Assembly (NCBI GenBank): GCA_038215615.1
Contig: JBBQQR010000010.1
Coordinates: forward strand, 9,629 to 73,628
Length of the DNA: 64,000 nucleotides
Direction of reading: 5' to 3'
From: Vulcanimicrobiales bacterium
GTDB lineage: Bacteria > Vulcanimicrobiota > Vulcanimicrobiia > Vulcanimicrobiales > Vulcanimicrobiaceae
The notes under the pieces were generated by a model. That model saw only the letters and a program-made list of their open reading frames with translations. It had not been told where the DNA came from and ran no database searches. Made by a program: the position numbers and the translations under genes. Below are positions 45,094-55,486 of the stretch, piece by piece. Numbering within the stretch: position 1 is the first letter of the stretch; each line of letters opens with the position of its first letter.

Positions 45094-46143
45094 ATGGCGG
45101 AGACGGTGGCCGGGAGTACGGTTGCGCGCAAAGCGGATCACGTGCGCATAAATCTCGAGCATGACGTTGCGGGCAAAGGCCCCTGCAACGGCTTTGACGA
45201 GTATCGCTTCGTTAACCGCGCGCTTCCCGAAATCGATCTTGCCGAAGTGGATACATCCGCGGATCTTTTCGGCCGCAAAGTCTCCGCGCCGTTTCTCATT
45301 TCATGCATGACGGGCGGCACGGAAGAGGCGCGGCAAATCAATCAGACGCTGGCTGCGGTTGCGCAAGAATACCGTTTTGCGATGGGCCTGGGATCGGCGC
45401 GAGCGCTGCTCGAAGAGCCAGGGCTGCTCGATACGTTCGCCGTGCGCGCGGAGGCGCCCGACGTTTTGCTGCTCGCGAATCTGGGCGCGGTTCAATTGAA
45501 CAAAGGCTACGGCGTCGACGATTGCCGCAGACTACTCGACATGCTTCAGGCGGATGCACTGGTACTGCATCTCAATGCGATCCAAGAAGCCGTGCAGCCC
45601 GACGGCGATACGAACTTCCGCGGATTGCTTGAGAAAATCGAAACGGTTTGCAAGCGGCTGAACGCGCCGGTCATCGTGAAAGAGGTTGGCTGGGGGATCG
45701 CAGCCGATACCGTACGCGACCTTTTCGACGCCGGCGTCTCGGCGGTCGATCTTGCCGGCGCGGGCGGAACGTCGTGGAGCGAAGTGGAGAAGTACCGCAT
45801 CGGGGAGCCGTGGCGTGCGCGCGTCGCCGGATCGTTTGCGCAGTGGGGAATTCCCACCGCCGACTGTTTGCGCGAGGCTCGCGCGGCCGAACCCGACGGT
45901 GTGCTGATCGCAAGCGGCGGCATTCGCAACGGCATCGATGCGGTCAAAGCGCTCGCGCTGGGCGCCGACGCGGTCGGCATAGCCGGCCCGTTTTTACGCG
46001 CGGCCGCGGCCGGAGCCGAAAGTGCGAACGAATTGGCGCGCGAGTTGCGCGAAGTCTTGCGCATCGCCATGTTCGCATTGGGCGAGCGCACCATAGCGGA
46101 CCTGCGCGAAACCAAACGTCTCGTAAGGGCGCAGCGCTCATGA
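45094..46143 (+). CDS. fni: Type 2 isopentenyl-diphosphate isomerase
   Basis: RKADH, MTGG, GS, HLN..QE, VIVKEVG, GAGGTSW, ASGGIRNG. Confidence 0.93.
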   Translation: MAETVAGSTVARKADHVRINLEHDVAGKGPCNGFDEYRFVNRALPEIDLAEVDTSADLFGRKVSAPFLISCMTGGTEEARQINQTLAAVAQEYRFAMGLGSARALLEEPGLLDTFAVRAEAPDVLLLANLGAVQLNKGYGVDDCRRLLDMLQADALVLHLNAIQEAVQPDGDTNFRGLLEKIETVCKRLNAPVIVKEVGWGIAADTVRDLFDAGVSAVDLAGAGGTSWSEVEKYRIGEPWRARVAGSFAQWGIPTADCLREARAAEPDGVLIASGGIRNGIDAVKALALGADAVGIAGPFLRAAAAGAESANELARELREVLRIAMFALGERTIADLRETKRLVRAQRS

Positions 46144-46964
46144 TTCAAGCCGACGCGCACTGCCGTGAGTTGGCGACCCGCCATTATGAGAATTTTTCGG
46201 TCGCGTCACGGCTCGTGCCGGGTTCACTGCGAGCCGACCTCATGCGATTTTACGCATTCTGCCGGACGACCGACGACTTCGGCGACGAGAGTCTGTCGCG
46301 CGAAGCGGCACTCGCACACTTGCGGAGCTGGCGTGTCGAAACGGAAGAGATGTTCGCCGGAATGCAGCCCGTTCATCCGGTGTTAATCGCGTTGCGCGAA
46401 ACGGTGCGCGAGCACGGTTTGGACGCTCAGCCCTTCCTCGACCTCATCGCCGCCAACGTACAAGACCAAACGGTCACGTCGTACGCGACGTGGCCGGAGC
46501 TGCAAGGGTACTGCATGCTTTCGGCCGCGCCGGTGGGGCGGGTCGTGCTGAAGATCTTCGGGATTGACGGAGCGGACGCGCGCAAGCTCTCCGATGACGT
46601 TTGCATTGGCCTGCAGCTGGCCAATCACGCGCAAGATGTCAGTCGCGATGCGGAAATCGGCCGGTCCTATCTCTTGCGCGAAGAGATCGAGACCCGCGGC
46701 ATCCACGGCGCAATTCAGGCGCTGGTCGAGCGTGCCCGTTCGCTGCTCGCGTCGGGCGAAACGCTCGAGCACATGACGCGCGGGGCGCTGCGGCTGCAGC
46801 TTTCGCTGTACCGTTTGGGCGGACTGGCCATCTGCGATCGTATCGAGCAGAGCGGTTTTCGCACGGATGTAACGCGGCCGTCGGTCTCGAAGGGCATGAA
46901 AGTGGCGCTATTGATACGGGCGGCTTTTGCTTTGGCCCACGGCAACGGGAAAAGGGGATGCTGA
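46140..46964 (+). CDS. hpnC: Hydroxysqualene synthase
   Basis: HYENFSVAS, YAFCRTTDDFGDE, SAAPVGR, LQLANHAQD; ATG 46140. Confidence 0.9.
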   Translation: MIQADAHCRELATRHYENFSVASRLVPGSLRADLMRFYAFCRTTDDFGDESLSREAALAHLRSWRVETEEMFAGMQPVHPVLIALRETVREHGLDAQPFLDLIAANVQDQTVTSYATWPELQGYCMLSAAPVGRVVLKIFGIDGADARKLSDDVCIGLQLANHAQDVSRDAEIGRSYLLREEIETRGIHGAIQALVERARSLLASGETLEHMTRGALRLQLSLYRLGGLAICDRIEQSGFRTDVTRPSVSKGMKVALLIRAAFALAHGNGKRGC

Positions 46965-47818
46965 GCCCGCTCTGGGTCGACCAAGAAGCCGAACGTTTCT
47001 GCCGTGAGATGGCGCGCCGCGAGGCGAAGAATTTTTACTGGGGATTCATTTCGCTGCCGCACGAGCAGCGGATAGCGATCTACGCACTGTACGATTTCGC
47101 ACGCCAAGTCGACGACGAAGTCGATAGCGCGCCGCGCCCGGAGTTGATTCCGGCGAAGTTGTCGGCGCAGCGCGATCGGATCAGGAGCACCGAACATTCG
47201 CCTGAGGGCGATCCGGTCATGCACGTGCTTTCGCGCGCGGTTGAACGGTACAACATTCCCGAAGCGGAACTGCTCGCGCTCGTCGACGGCGTCGAGATGG
47301 ATTGCACGAAGACGCGCTACGCGACGTGGACCGATCTTCGTGAGTACTGCGCGCTCGTCGCTTCGATCGTCGGACGGATGTGCGTGCGCATCTTCGGTTT
47401 CGACGACCCGAAGGCGCTGGATCGCGCCGACGATCTCGGTTTGGCCCTGCAATTGACCAACATCATGCGCGACGTGCGCGAGGATGCCGCAATGGGCCGT
47501 GTTTATCTTCCGCAAGAAGATTTGGCGCGGTTCGGCATCTCTGAGGAGGGTTTGCTCGACGGCAATCCGGGCGAGGGCTGGGAGCAGCTCGTCGCGTTCG
47601 AGACGCAGCGGACGCGCGCGTTTTTTGAGAGCGGTTATCAGGTGCTCGGATACATTCCGCGCCGCCCTGCAGCCTGCGTGCAGACGATGGCCGGCATCTA
47701 CGAGCGCATCTTGGAAAAGATCGAACGCGATCCGCAGCTGCCGCTGCGCGAACGCGCGGCGCTCTCGAACGGAGAGAAACTGCGCGTCATGGTCGCCTCG
47801 TGGCTGCGCCCCGGGTAG
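46958..47818 (+). CDS. hpnD: Presqualene diphosphate synthase
   Basis: NFYWG, YDFARQVDDEVD, LQLTNIMRDVREDAAMGRVYLP; ATG 46958. Confidence 0.9.
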   Translation: MLSPLWVDQEAERFCREMARREAKNFYWGFISLPHEQRIAIYALYDFARQVDDEVDSAPRPELIPAKLSAQRDRIRSTEHSPEGDPVMHVLSRAVERYNIPEAELLALVDGVEMDCTKTRYATWTDLREYCALVASIVGRMCVRIFGFDDPKALDRADDLGLALQLTNIMRDVREDAAMGRVYLPQEDLARFGISEEGLLDGNPGEGWEQLVAFETQRTRAFFESGYQVLGYIPRRPAACVQTMAGIYERILEKIERDPQLPLRERAALSNGEKLRVMVASWLRPG

Positions 47819-49080
47819 GGGTTGCGGGCGGCGGTCTCGCCGGACTGGCCGCAGCGCTCGATTTAACGCGCGCCGGATGCGAAGTGCACCTCTTCGAACG
47901 AAGCCGCTTGTTGGGCGGGCGCGCCACGTCATTCGAGATCGACGGGTACACGGTCGACAACGGTCAGCACGTCTACCTGGCATGTTGTACGGAATTCACC
48001 GGCTTCGTCGAGCGCGCAGGTATGGCCGACGCGCTCTATATCCAAGATCGATTCGACGTCACCGTGTATTCGCACGGCGTTCGCAGCGAGCTCAGAGCTG
48101 CAAATCTGCCGGCTCCTTGGCATCTGATCGCATCCATGGCTGCATACCGCCATCTGGGTATTCGCGGAAAATTGCAACTGGCGCGCGCGCTGTTGGCGCT
48201 CTCACGTGAGAGCGCTCCGCAAGGAAGCTTTGCGGAGTGGCTGCGGCTGCACGGCCAAAGTGCCCAAACGGTTCGCGCGTTCTGGGATCCGTTTATGGTG
48301 CCGGCGCTAAACGCGCCGCTGGAGGCCATGAGCGCCGCGGAAGCGGCGTTTGTGATCAGGACGGCGTTCCTGGGCGAGCGCGGTGCCGCGCGATTCGGAT
48401 ATACGAAAGTGCCGCTCGCGCACATCATGGAAGCGGCCGCGCGCGACCTCGCTTCGGTGCGCCGGGCGACGGCCGTTTTGGAGCTGGAGACGTATGACGG
48501 CGGCGTGCGGATACGAACTGCAGACGCGCAGGACGACATTTTTGACGCGGTGGTTCTTGCGCTGCCGCCGCGCGCGCTGCACCGCCTTCTCGGAGAAGAG
48601 CCGCGTTTCGGCGTCACGGACCTTGATAAGTACGAAGCGAGCGCGATCATGGACGTGCATCTGTGGCATGACTGCGGCCGGCTAGATTTCGACTTTTGCG
48701 CGCTGCTCGATTCGCCCGTGCAATGGATCTTTCAAAAAGGCGACGGCTATCTCTGCTGCAGTTTGAGCGCGGCCGGCGCGCTCGTGTCGACTCCGACCGA
48801 TGAAGTCGTCGGCGCGATGTGGCACGAAGTGTCGGCGGCGCTGCCCGAGCTGCGCGGCGCGCGACTCGTGCGCGGCGCGGCCACGCGCAACCCTGAAGGA
48901 ACGTACCACGCGCGGCCGGGCACCGTGCGACCCGCGGCGCGCACCCTCGATCCGCGTGTAACGATAGCGGGATCGTGGACGGCCACGGGCTGGCCCGATA
49001 CTATGGAGTCGGCGGTGCGCAGCGGCCGCGAGGCCGCGCGCGTTCTGCTCGAACAAAAAGCATGGACGACAGGGCCTTAA
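47800..49080 (+). CDS. hpnE: Hydroxysqualene dehydroxylase
   Basis: GGGLAGL, GGRATSF, DNGQH, AGSWTATGWPDTMESAVRSG. Confidence 0.9.
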   Translation: MAAPRVGVAGGGLAGLAAALDLTRAGCEVHLFERSRLLGGRATSFEIDGYTVDNGQHVYLACCTEFTGFVERAGMADALYIQDRFDVTVYSHGVRSELRAANLPAPWHLIASMAAYRHLGIRGKLQLARALLALSRESAPQGSFAEWLRLHGQSAQTVRAFWDPFMVPALNAPLEAMSAAEAAFVIRTAFLGERGAARFGYTKVPLAHIMEAAARDLASVRRATAVLELETYDGGVRIRTADAQDDIFDAVVLALPPRALHRLLGEEPRFGVTDLDKYEASAIMDVHLWHDCGRLDFDFCALLDSPVQWIFQKGDGYLCCSLSAAGALVSTPTDEVVGAMWHEVSAALPELRGARLVRGAATRNPEGTYHARPGTVRPAARTLDPRVTIAGSWTATGWPDTMESAVRSGREAARVLLEQKAWTTGP

Positions 49081-50948
49081 CCGCGTCGGTCAACTGGCTG
49101 CTGGAGCGTCAAGCTCCCGCCGGCTGGTGGACCGGCGAACTCGAAACAAACGTGACGATGACCGCGGAGCACGTATTGTTGCTGCGTTTCCTGGGCGTTC
49201 CCATCGATGCGATTCGCGATGGTGCGATCCGCCATATTCTGCACCATCAGCGCGAAGACGGATCGTGGGCGCTCTACTATGAAGGTCCCGCCGATCTCAG
49301 CACGACGATCGAAGCCTACGTCGCGCTCAAAGTGCTCGGCCTCGATGCCGGCCGCGGCGAAATGCGACGCGCGCTTGGAGTGATCCGCACTCTGGGCGGA
49401 TTGACGCAAGCTCGCGTCTTCACGAAAATTTGGATGGCGCTCTTCGGTAAATATCCGTGGGACGGAATACCGACCATGCCGCCGGAGATTATCTACTTCC
49501 CGTCGTCGATGCCGTTCAATCTCTACGACTTTTCGTGCTGGGCGCGCGGAACGGTCGGGCCGCTGTGCGTGGTCATCGCGCGCCGCCCGCGCCGCGAGCT
49601 CGGCGTCGCGGTGAGCGAGATCGTCAATACGGGGACGCAGGCGCTCATGCATCGCGTTCCGGGTTCCGGCTCGCTGTGGTGGGTCGACCAGCTGTTGAAG
49701 CTGTACGAGCGCCTTCCTTACAAGCCGGGCCGCAATGCGGCATGCGCCAAGATGATCGACTGGGTCGTGCAGCGTCAGGAAGCCGACGGAAGCTGGGGCG
49801 GAATTCAGCCGCCGTGGGTCTATTCATTAATCGCGCTGGACCTTGAAGGTTACGGTCTCGACCATTCGGTGATGCGCAAAGGCTTGCACGGCATGGAGCG
49901 CTTTGCATGCGATGATGAAACGGGATGGCGTTTTCAGGCGTGCATGTCGCCCGTGTGGGATACCGCGTGGGCGATCCGCGCGCTCTATCAAGCCGGACTG
50001 CGCGCGGACCATCCGGCGATGCGGCGCGCCGTCGACTGGATGCTTTCCGAGCAGATACCGCCCGATGCGCCCGGCGATTGGCAAGTACGCTGCAAAGGCG
50101 AACCGTGCGGCGGCTGGGCGTTTGAATTCGATAACGACGTCTATCCCGACATCGACGATACGGCCGTGATCGTCTGCTCGTTGCTCGAAGGCGGAAAGGG
50201 CGCTGCGGTGAGCGCTTCGATTGAGCGCGCCGTGCGGTGGACGCTGGCGATGCGATCCAGCAACGGGGCATGGGCTGCATTCGATCGCGACAACACGAGC
50301 GAAATTCTCTACCGCATGCCGTTTTCCGATTTCGGTGCCATGATCGATCCGCCGACCGAAGATGTCACGGCACACGTACTGGAGATGCTCGCGATGCTCG
50401 GGCGCGGCGAACGCGATCCGTATGTGGCGGCCGGGCTGAAATACGTGCGTGAAACGCAGAAAGCGGGCGGACATTGGTTCGGCCGCTGGGGCGTCAACCA
50501 TATCTACGGAACGTGGTGCGTCGTGTCGGCGCTCGCGCAACTGCGCGCGGGCCGCGACATGGTCGAGCGTGCAGCCCGGTGGACGATCGCCATGCAAAAC
50601 AGCGACGGCGGCTGGGGCGAAAGCTGTCATTCGTACGGGGATGAGTCGTTTGCCGGCGTCGGCACGAGCACGCCTTCGCAGACGGCTTGGGCCATCATGA
50701 CGCTGCAGTGGGCCGGCTTGCGCGAACATCCGGGCGCGCAGCGGGGCCTGCGCTTCCTCCGCGAACGCCAGCGTTCCGACGGAACCTGGGACGAGCCTCA
50801 TTTCACCGGTACCGGATTTCCGCGCGACTTTTATCTGAACTATCACATGTACCGCCATCTCTTTCCGGCCATGGCGTTGGCGATGGACCGTCCTGAGCGC
50901 AACGAGGGGGGAATATCGCCCGAAACCCAGCACATAACCGTTTCATGA
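49062..50948 (+). CDS. shc: Squalene-hopene cyclase
   Basis: YPDIDDTA catalytic DxDD, QW repeats (QEADGSW, QNSDGGWGE, QRSDGTW), GTGFP; ATG 49062. Confidence 0.96.
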   Translation: MDDRALTASVNWLLERQAPAGWWTGELETNVTMTAEHVLLLRFLGVPIDAIRDGAIRHILHHQREDGSWALYYEGPADLSTTIEAYVALKVLGLDAGRGEMRRALGVIRTLGGLTQARVFTKIWMALFGKYPWDGIPTMPPEIIYFPSSMPFNLYDFSCWARGTVGPLCVVIARRPRRELGVAVSEIVNTGTQALMHRVPGSGSLWWVDQLLKLYERLPYKPGRNAACAKMIDWVVQRQEADGSWGGIQPPWVYSLIALDLEGYGLDHSVMRKGLHGMERFACDDETGWRFQACMSPVWDTAWAIRALYQAGLRADHPAMRRAVDWMLSEQIPPDAPGDWQVRCKGEPCGGWAFEFDNDVYPDIDDTAVIVCSLLEGGKGAAVSASIERAVRWTLAMRSSNGAWAAFDRDNTSEILYRMPFSDFGAMIDPPTEDVTAHVLEMLAMLGRGERDPYVAAGLKYVRETQKAGGHWFGRWGVNHIYGTWCVVSALAQLRAGRDMVERAARWTIAMQNSDGGWGESCHSYGDESFAGVGTSTPSQTAWAIMTLQWAGLREHPGAQRGLRFLRERQRSDGTWDEPHFTGTGFPRDFYLNYHMYRHLFPAMALAMDRPERNEGGISPETQHITVS

Positions 50949-51952
50949 GCACGCCATTCGCACAGAAAGTCGCTATCGCCAAATACGTCCTCGGCAAGAA
51001 GATGGCCGGCGTAGAGAAGTACGCGCTCGTGATGGAGTTGGAGCCGCTGTATCAGTGCAATCTCGCGTGCGCGGGTTGCGGAAAGATCCAGCATCCCGCC
51101 GAGACGTTGCGCAAACGCCTGAGCGTCGAGCAATGTTTGACCGCGATTGAAGAGTGCGGCGCTCCGGTGATTTCGATCGCCGGAGGCGAACCGCTGGTGT
51201 ACGAGCACCTCCCGCAACTGGTTGACGAGCTCGTGCGCCGCAAGAAAGTCGTTATCGTCTGCACGAATGCGCTGCTGCTCGAGAAGAAAATCGATCAATT
51301 CACGCCTTCGCCGTACTTTACGTGGATGATCCACCTGGACGGCATGCGCGAACGGCACGATGAAGTCGTCTGCCGTGACGGAACCTTCGACAAAGCTGTC
51401 GCGGCGATCAAAGTTGCGCAGCAAAAGGGCTTCCGTGTCGGCACCAACACGACATTTTTCGACCCGGATGACGCGACGGCGATCCGCGGCGTGCTCGATT
51501 ACCTCAACGACGAGCTCAAGGTGGACGCGATGCAGATTTCCCCGGGTTATGCCTACGAAAAGGCGCCCGACCAAGAGCATTTTCTCGGAGTGGATCGTAC
51601 GCGCGCGATCTTCAGAGAAGCCTTCGCGGGCGGTAAACGGAAAAAGTGGCGCCTCAACCATAGCCCGTTGTATTTGGATTTTCTCGAAGGCAAGTTCGAC
51701 ATGGAATGCACGCCGTGGGGGATTCCGTCGTACTCGATCCTGGGATGGCAGCGGCCGTGCTATCTGATGTCGGATGCGCCGTACGCGCAAACGTACAAAG
51801 AGTTGATCGAAGAGACGGATTGGTCGCTCTACGGGCGCGGAAAAAATCCGAAGTGCGCGAACTGCATGGCGCACTGCGGGTACGAACCGACCGCCGTGGT
51901 ACGGACCACCGGCTCGGTCAAGGAGAGCATCCGCGCGGCACTTGCGCACTGA
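50945..51952 (+). CDS. hpnH: Adenosyl-hopene transferase (radical SAM)
   Basis: LEPLYQCNLACAGCGKI, CTPWG, GWQRPCYL, CANCMAHCGYEPT. Confidence 0.95.
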   Translation: MSTPFAQKVAIAKYVLGKKMAGVEKYALVMELEPLYQCNLACAGCGKIQHPAETLRKRLSVEQCLTAIEECGAPVISIAGGEPLVYEHLPQLVDELVRRKKVVIVCTNALLLEKKIDQFTPSPYFTWMIHLDGMRERHDEVVCRDGTFDKAVAAIKVAQQKGFRVGTNTTFFDPDDATAIRGVLDYLNDELKVDAMQISPGYAYEKAPDQEHFLGVDRTRAIFREAFAGGKRKKWRLNHSPLYLDFLEGKFDMECTPWGIPSYSILGWQRPCYLMSDAPYAQTYKELIEETDWSLYGRGKNPKCANCMAHCGYEPTAVVRTTGSVKESIRAALAH

Positions 51953-52913
51953 CCGCGTTTTCCTAACCGGTGCGAGCGGATTCGTCGGCTCTCACATTTT
52001 ACGCGAACTCCTGAGTGCGGGTTACAGCGTGCGTGCATTAGCGCGCGGGAAGCTGAATACGAATGGCGGCTTAGAGATCGTCCAAGGTGATCTTCGTCGC
52101 GCCGGCGACTTCGCGCGCGCTTTGGAGGGCTGCCGGTATCTCGTGCACTGTGCCGCGCTGTACTCGTTCGCTCCAGGCGCCCGGCGCACTCTGCACGATG
52201 TCAACGTCCGCGGAACCGAGGGCTTATTCGAAGCGGCGCGTGTCGCCGGCGTGCAGCGCGCGGTTCTCACATCCAGTTCGGCAACCCTTGGGCCCGCGCG
52301 CGACGGAGAGCCCCGCACCGAAGACGATTACGCTCCGGGCGGCGGTTGGGGCTATCATCATTCGAAGGTAGAGCAAGAACGTGTTGCGTTTGCCGCGCGC
52401 GTTCCGGTGGTTGCGCTGTTGCCGACGGCCCCGGTCGGTCCGGGCGACGCCAAGCCGACCCCCACGGGCCAGCTGGTTCTGGAGTTCGCAAAAGGAAAGA
52501 TCTTCGCGAAACCGCCGCGCGGCGGCGGAATGAATTTGGTTCCGGTCGAGGACGTGGCGCGCGCGCACGTGACTGCGCTCCAACGCGGGAGAACCGGAGA
52601 GCGTTACATTTTAGGTGGCGACAATCTTACACTGGACGAGGTGTGGACGTTGCTCGCGGCGGCGACGGCGCGAAAAATGCCCGCGTGGCGCGCGCCGGCT
52701 TGGCTCGCGCTCGCAATCGCGCACGTGGATGAAGCGCGCGCGCGTGTGACCGGCACCCGGCCGTTCGTGCCGGTGGAAGGCGTAAAGCTTTCGCGTGAGC
52801 TGATGTTTGCCGATAGCGCTAAAGCCCGGCGCGAATTGGACTTTCATCCAGGCTCCGTTGCGGGCGCGCTCGAGCGCGCGGTGAACTGGTATCGCGCGCA
52901 TGGCTACTGCTGA
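51942..52913 (+). CDS. hpnA: Hopanoid-associated NAD-dependent epimerase/dehydratase
   Basis: TGASGFVG, HCAALY, YHHSK, PVGPGDAKPTPTG, GERYILGG. Confidence 0.88.
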   Translation: MRTDRVFLTGASGFVGSHILRELLSAGYSVRALARGKLNTNGGLEIVQGDLRRAGDFARALEGCRYLVHCAALYSFAPGARRTLHDVNVRGTEGLFEAARVAGVQRAVLTSSSATLGPARDGEPRTEDDYAPGGGWGYHHSKVEQERVAFAARVPVVALLPTAPVGPGDAKPTPTGQLVLEFAKGKIFAKPPRGGGMNLVPVEDVARAHVTALQRGRTGERYILGGDNLTLDEVWTLLAAATARKMPAWRAPAWLALAIAHVDEARARVTGTRPFVPVEGVKLSRELMFADSAKARRELDFHPGSVAGALERAVNWYRAHGYC

Positions 52914-53496
52914 TCGTATCACAGTCGTTGCGGCGACCGGCCTCGAGGCGCGCGCGGCCAAGGCCGCCATCGGAAATCGCGCGCGGGTCATTCAGTCGGG
53001 AATCGCGCTGCGCGGCTTGCGGGGAGATCCGGGTTCGACTGTGATTAGCTGCGGGTTAGCCGGCGGTTTGCGCGATGATTTACCGACCGGTACGGTATTA
53101 ATTCCAAGCGAGGTGCGCCGCCCCGACGGAACCACGCTGACGTGCGATCCGGAACTCACCGCATCGCTCGTGCGCGCGGCGCGCGCCGCCGGATGCGAGC
53201 CGGTCGAAGCCCCGCTGCTAACGGCCGCGCGGATCGTGCGCGGTCCGGAGCGGATGCGCTGGGCGCGACAAGGTTACGCCGGCGCCGACATGGAGTCCGG
53301 ACTACTGCAGGCGCCGCGCATCGCATGCGTGCGTGTGATCCTTGATACGCCGGTACACGAGTTTTCGGCGGCGTGGGGAAATCCGGCCTTGGTTATTTTC
53401 CGGCCCGACGCGTGGTTCGACATTCCATTTCTTGCTCGTGTTGCACCGCGTTGCGCGGCGCTGGCCGCTCGCATTGTCGCCGGGGCGCTACCTTAG
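52900..53496 (+). CDS. hpnG: Hopanoid-associated nucleosidase/phosphorylase
   Basis: ATGLEA, SCGLAGGL, ADMES, VRVILD; last gene of the hpn operon. Confidence 0.75.
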   Translation: MATADRITVVAATGLEARAAKAAIGNRARVIQSGIALRGLRGDPGSTVISCGLAGGLRDDLPTGTVLIPSEVRRPDGTTLTCDPELTASLVRAARAAGCEPVEAPLLTAARIVRGPERMRWARQGYAGADMESGLLQAPRIACVRVILDTPVHEFSAAWGNPALVIFRPDAWFDIPFLARVAPRCAALAARIVAGALP

Positions 53497-53578
53497 GTTC
53501 GCTCGACGCTCCGGGAGTCAGTCGCGGCGTGCCCCGGGCAGCAGAAGACGGTGCCGTACTCGACGGTGGCGCGGCTTT

Positions 53579-55450
53579 TTATCGAAGCAGCGCGGAAATG
53601 TCTTGCGCGGGGACCGGGGCGTGAAAATAGATGCCCTGTCCCGATTTGCATCCAAGCGAGAGCAGCGTTTCTGCCTGCGCTTTCGTTTCGATGCCTTCGG
53701 CAGTGACGCGCAAACCGCAAGCTTCGCCCAATCCCACCAATAGCCGCACGATTTGTTCGCCCTTCGGATCGTCGAGGGCGGCGATGAAACTTTGATCGAT
53801 CTTGAACGAGTCGATCGGGAGCGACGTGATGTACTGCAGCGACGAATAGCCCGTGCCGAAATCGTCGATGCACAGATCGACCCCCGCGGCTTTGAGCGTT
53901 TCCAAAATTCCGGCCGCGCGGTGTTCGCTTTGCAGAAGCGACGTCTCCGTAATCTCCAGCGAGAGCATCTTCGGGTCGACGCAATACGTGCGGATAAGCT
54001 TCCGCAAGAAGTCCGGAAGATTCGGCTGCAAGACTTCTTGCACGGAGAGATTGACGTTCAGCCCAAGATTCGAATAGCCGGCCTGGTGCCAGCGCGCGAG
54101 ATCTCGGCAAGCGGTGTCGAGCACGAAACGGCCAACCGGTTCCATCAGCCCCATCTCTTCGGCGAGCGGCAGAAATGCCGCCGGCGCGAGGTAGCCCTGT
54201 TTGGGATGATTCCACCGCAGTAGCGCTTCGACGCATTCGACGCGCTGCGTATCCAGCATGACGATTGGCTGATACATGACGACCAGCTGCCGCTCTTCGA
54301 TCGCCGCCCGCAGATCGAGACGTAACGAGAGGCGCTGAAGCGCCTCTTCGTGCATCGTCGGCGTGAAGATCGCGTTGCGATCGCGGCCCTGGCTTTTCGC
54401 GCGGTACATCGCCGTTTCCGCGTCCCGCAAGACTTCGGCGATTGACGTGTAGCCCTGATCGACCGACACGATGCCGATGCTGGCGGTCATTGCGAGCGTA
54501 CGTCCGGCCATCGGATACGGCCGGCGCAGTGTTTCGTGGATCGTATCCAGCACGCTCTGAACGGCGGGCCGTGACGTTCCCGGGATCAGAACGGCGAACT
54601 TGTCGCCCGCCATGCGAGCGACGAGCGATCGTTCGTCAACGATCATCCGCAGACGCTGTGCAGTCTCTTTGAGCACGTCGTCGCCGGCAAGGTGCCCGAG
54701 CGTGTCGTTAATCGCCTTGAATTCATCGAGATCGAGATAGAGAACGCTCTGCGGCTCGCCTTCGCCGCGATGCACAGCCTCGAGTTTGCGCGCGAGTTGC
54801 AGCGAAAAAACCGTGCGATTGGGTAACGCCGTCAGCGAATCGTGGGTCGCTTCGTACTGCAGCCGGCTCTGCGAACGCGCGTTGACCAGCGCTAACCCCA
54901 TAAGATTGACGAAGACTTGCATCGCGCGGAGCGTCTGCACCGCGGGAATCTCGCCGTTGAGCGGACCGTCGGGTGACATGTATCCGATCATGACGCCGTC
55001 GCGATCGTGCAGCGTCAGAACCAGTGCATCGCGTTCTTGCCATTGATTGGGATACTGTCGCTTGGTTTCGTTCGGGTTGAACCCGGTATAGATCGATCGC
55101 TCCCATTCCGCGTCGCGTTCGGCCGGGAAGAAATAGCAGTCATCAAAAAAACGCACCGCGTTGCCGAGCATGGCGGAAAACGCTTCGCGATCGACGTTTT
55201 CGTGCAGGCGCTCCTTCACGATTTCTTCCGGATACCCGAGCATAACGCGGCGCTTCAAATCCCCGTTGGGTTCTTCGGCGGCAACCATCGAAACGAATCG
55301 CCAGCCGAATAAATCTTGCACGCCGCGGGCCAACGACGTAAGCGCGGCGTCTAAAGTAGGCGCCTCTAAAACGTCGCGCGTGATTTCGAAGAGCCGCTCG
55401 AGATCGCTGACCGAACCCGGACGGCCCGAAACAGATCCGATCGGTTGCAT
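53579..55450 (-). CDS. GAF-like/GGDEF/EAL c-di-GMP signalling protein
   Basis: HDSLTALPNR, DLDEFKAINDTLGH, degenerate AGDKF; EAL domain VEALLRW, LEITE, DDFGTGYSS, AEGIET. Confidence 0.92.
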   Translation of the reverse strand: MQPIGSVSGRPGSVSDLERLFEITRDVLEAPTLDAALTSLARGVQDLFGWRFVSMVAAEEPNGDLKRRVMLGYPEEIVKERLHENVDREAFSAMLGNAVRFFDDCYFFPAERDAEWERSIYTGFNPNETKRQYPNQWQERDALVLTLHDRDGVMIGYMSPDGPLNGEIPAVQTLRAMQVFVNLMGLALVNARSQSRLQYEATHDSLTALPNRTVFSLQLARKLEAVHRGEGEPQSVLYLDLDEFKAINDTLGHLAGDDVLKETAQRLRMIVDERSLVARMAGDKFAVLIPGTSRPAVQSVLDTIHETLRRPYPMAGRTLAMTASIGIVSVDQGYTSIAEVLRDAETAMYRAKSQGRDRNAIFTPTMHEEALQRLSLRLDLRAAIEERQLVVMYQPIVMLDTQRVECVEALLRWNHPKQGYLAPAAFLPLAEEMGLMEPVGRFVLDTACRDLARWHQAGYSNLGLNVNLSVQEVLQPNLPDFLRKLIRTYCVDPKMLSLEITETSLLQSEHRAAGILETLKAAGVDLCIDDFGTGYSSLQYITSLPIDSFKIDQSFIAALDDPKGEQIVRLLVGLGEACGLRVTAEGIETKAQAETLLSLGCKSGQGIYFHAPVPAQDISALLR

Positions 55451-55486
55451 CGGTAGCTCTCTACTTCCCGGCGGGGAGCGGGCTCC

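Noticed and set aside
46715..51949. Long antisense ORFs (46715-47983, 49827-50933, 50843-51949) and similar ones elsewhere such as 39529-40584
   Set aside because: Shadow ORFs opposite well-supported genes, expected in GC-rich DNA; no recognisable motifs.
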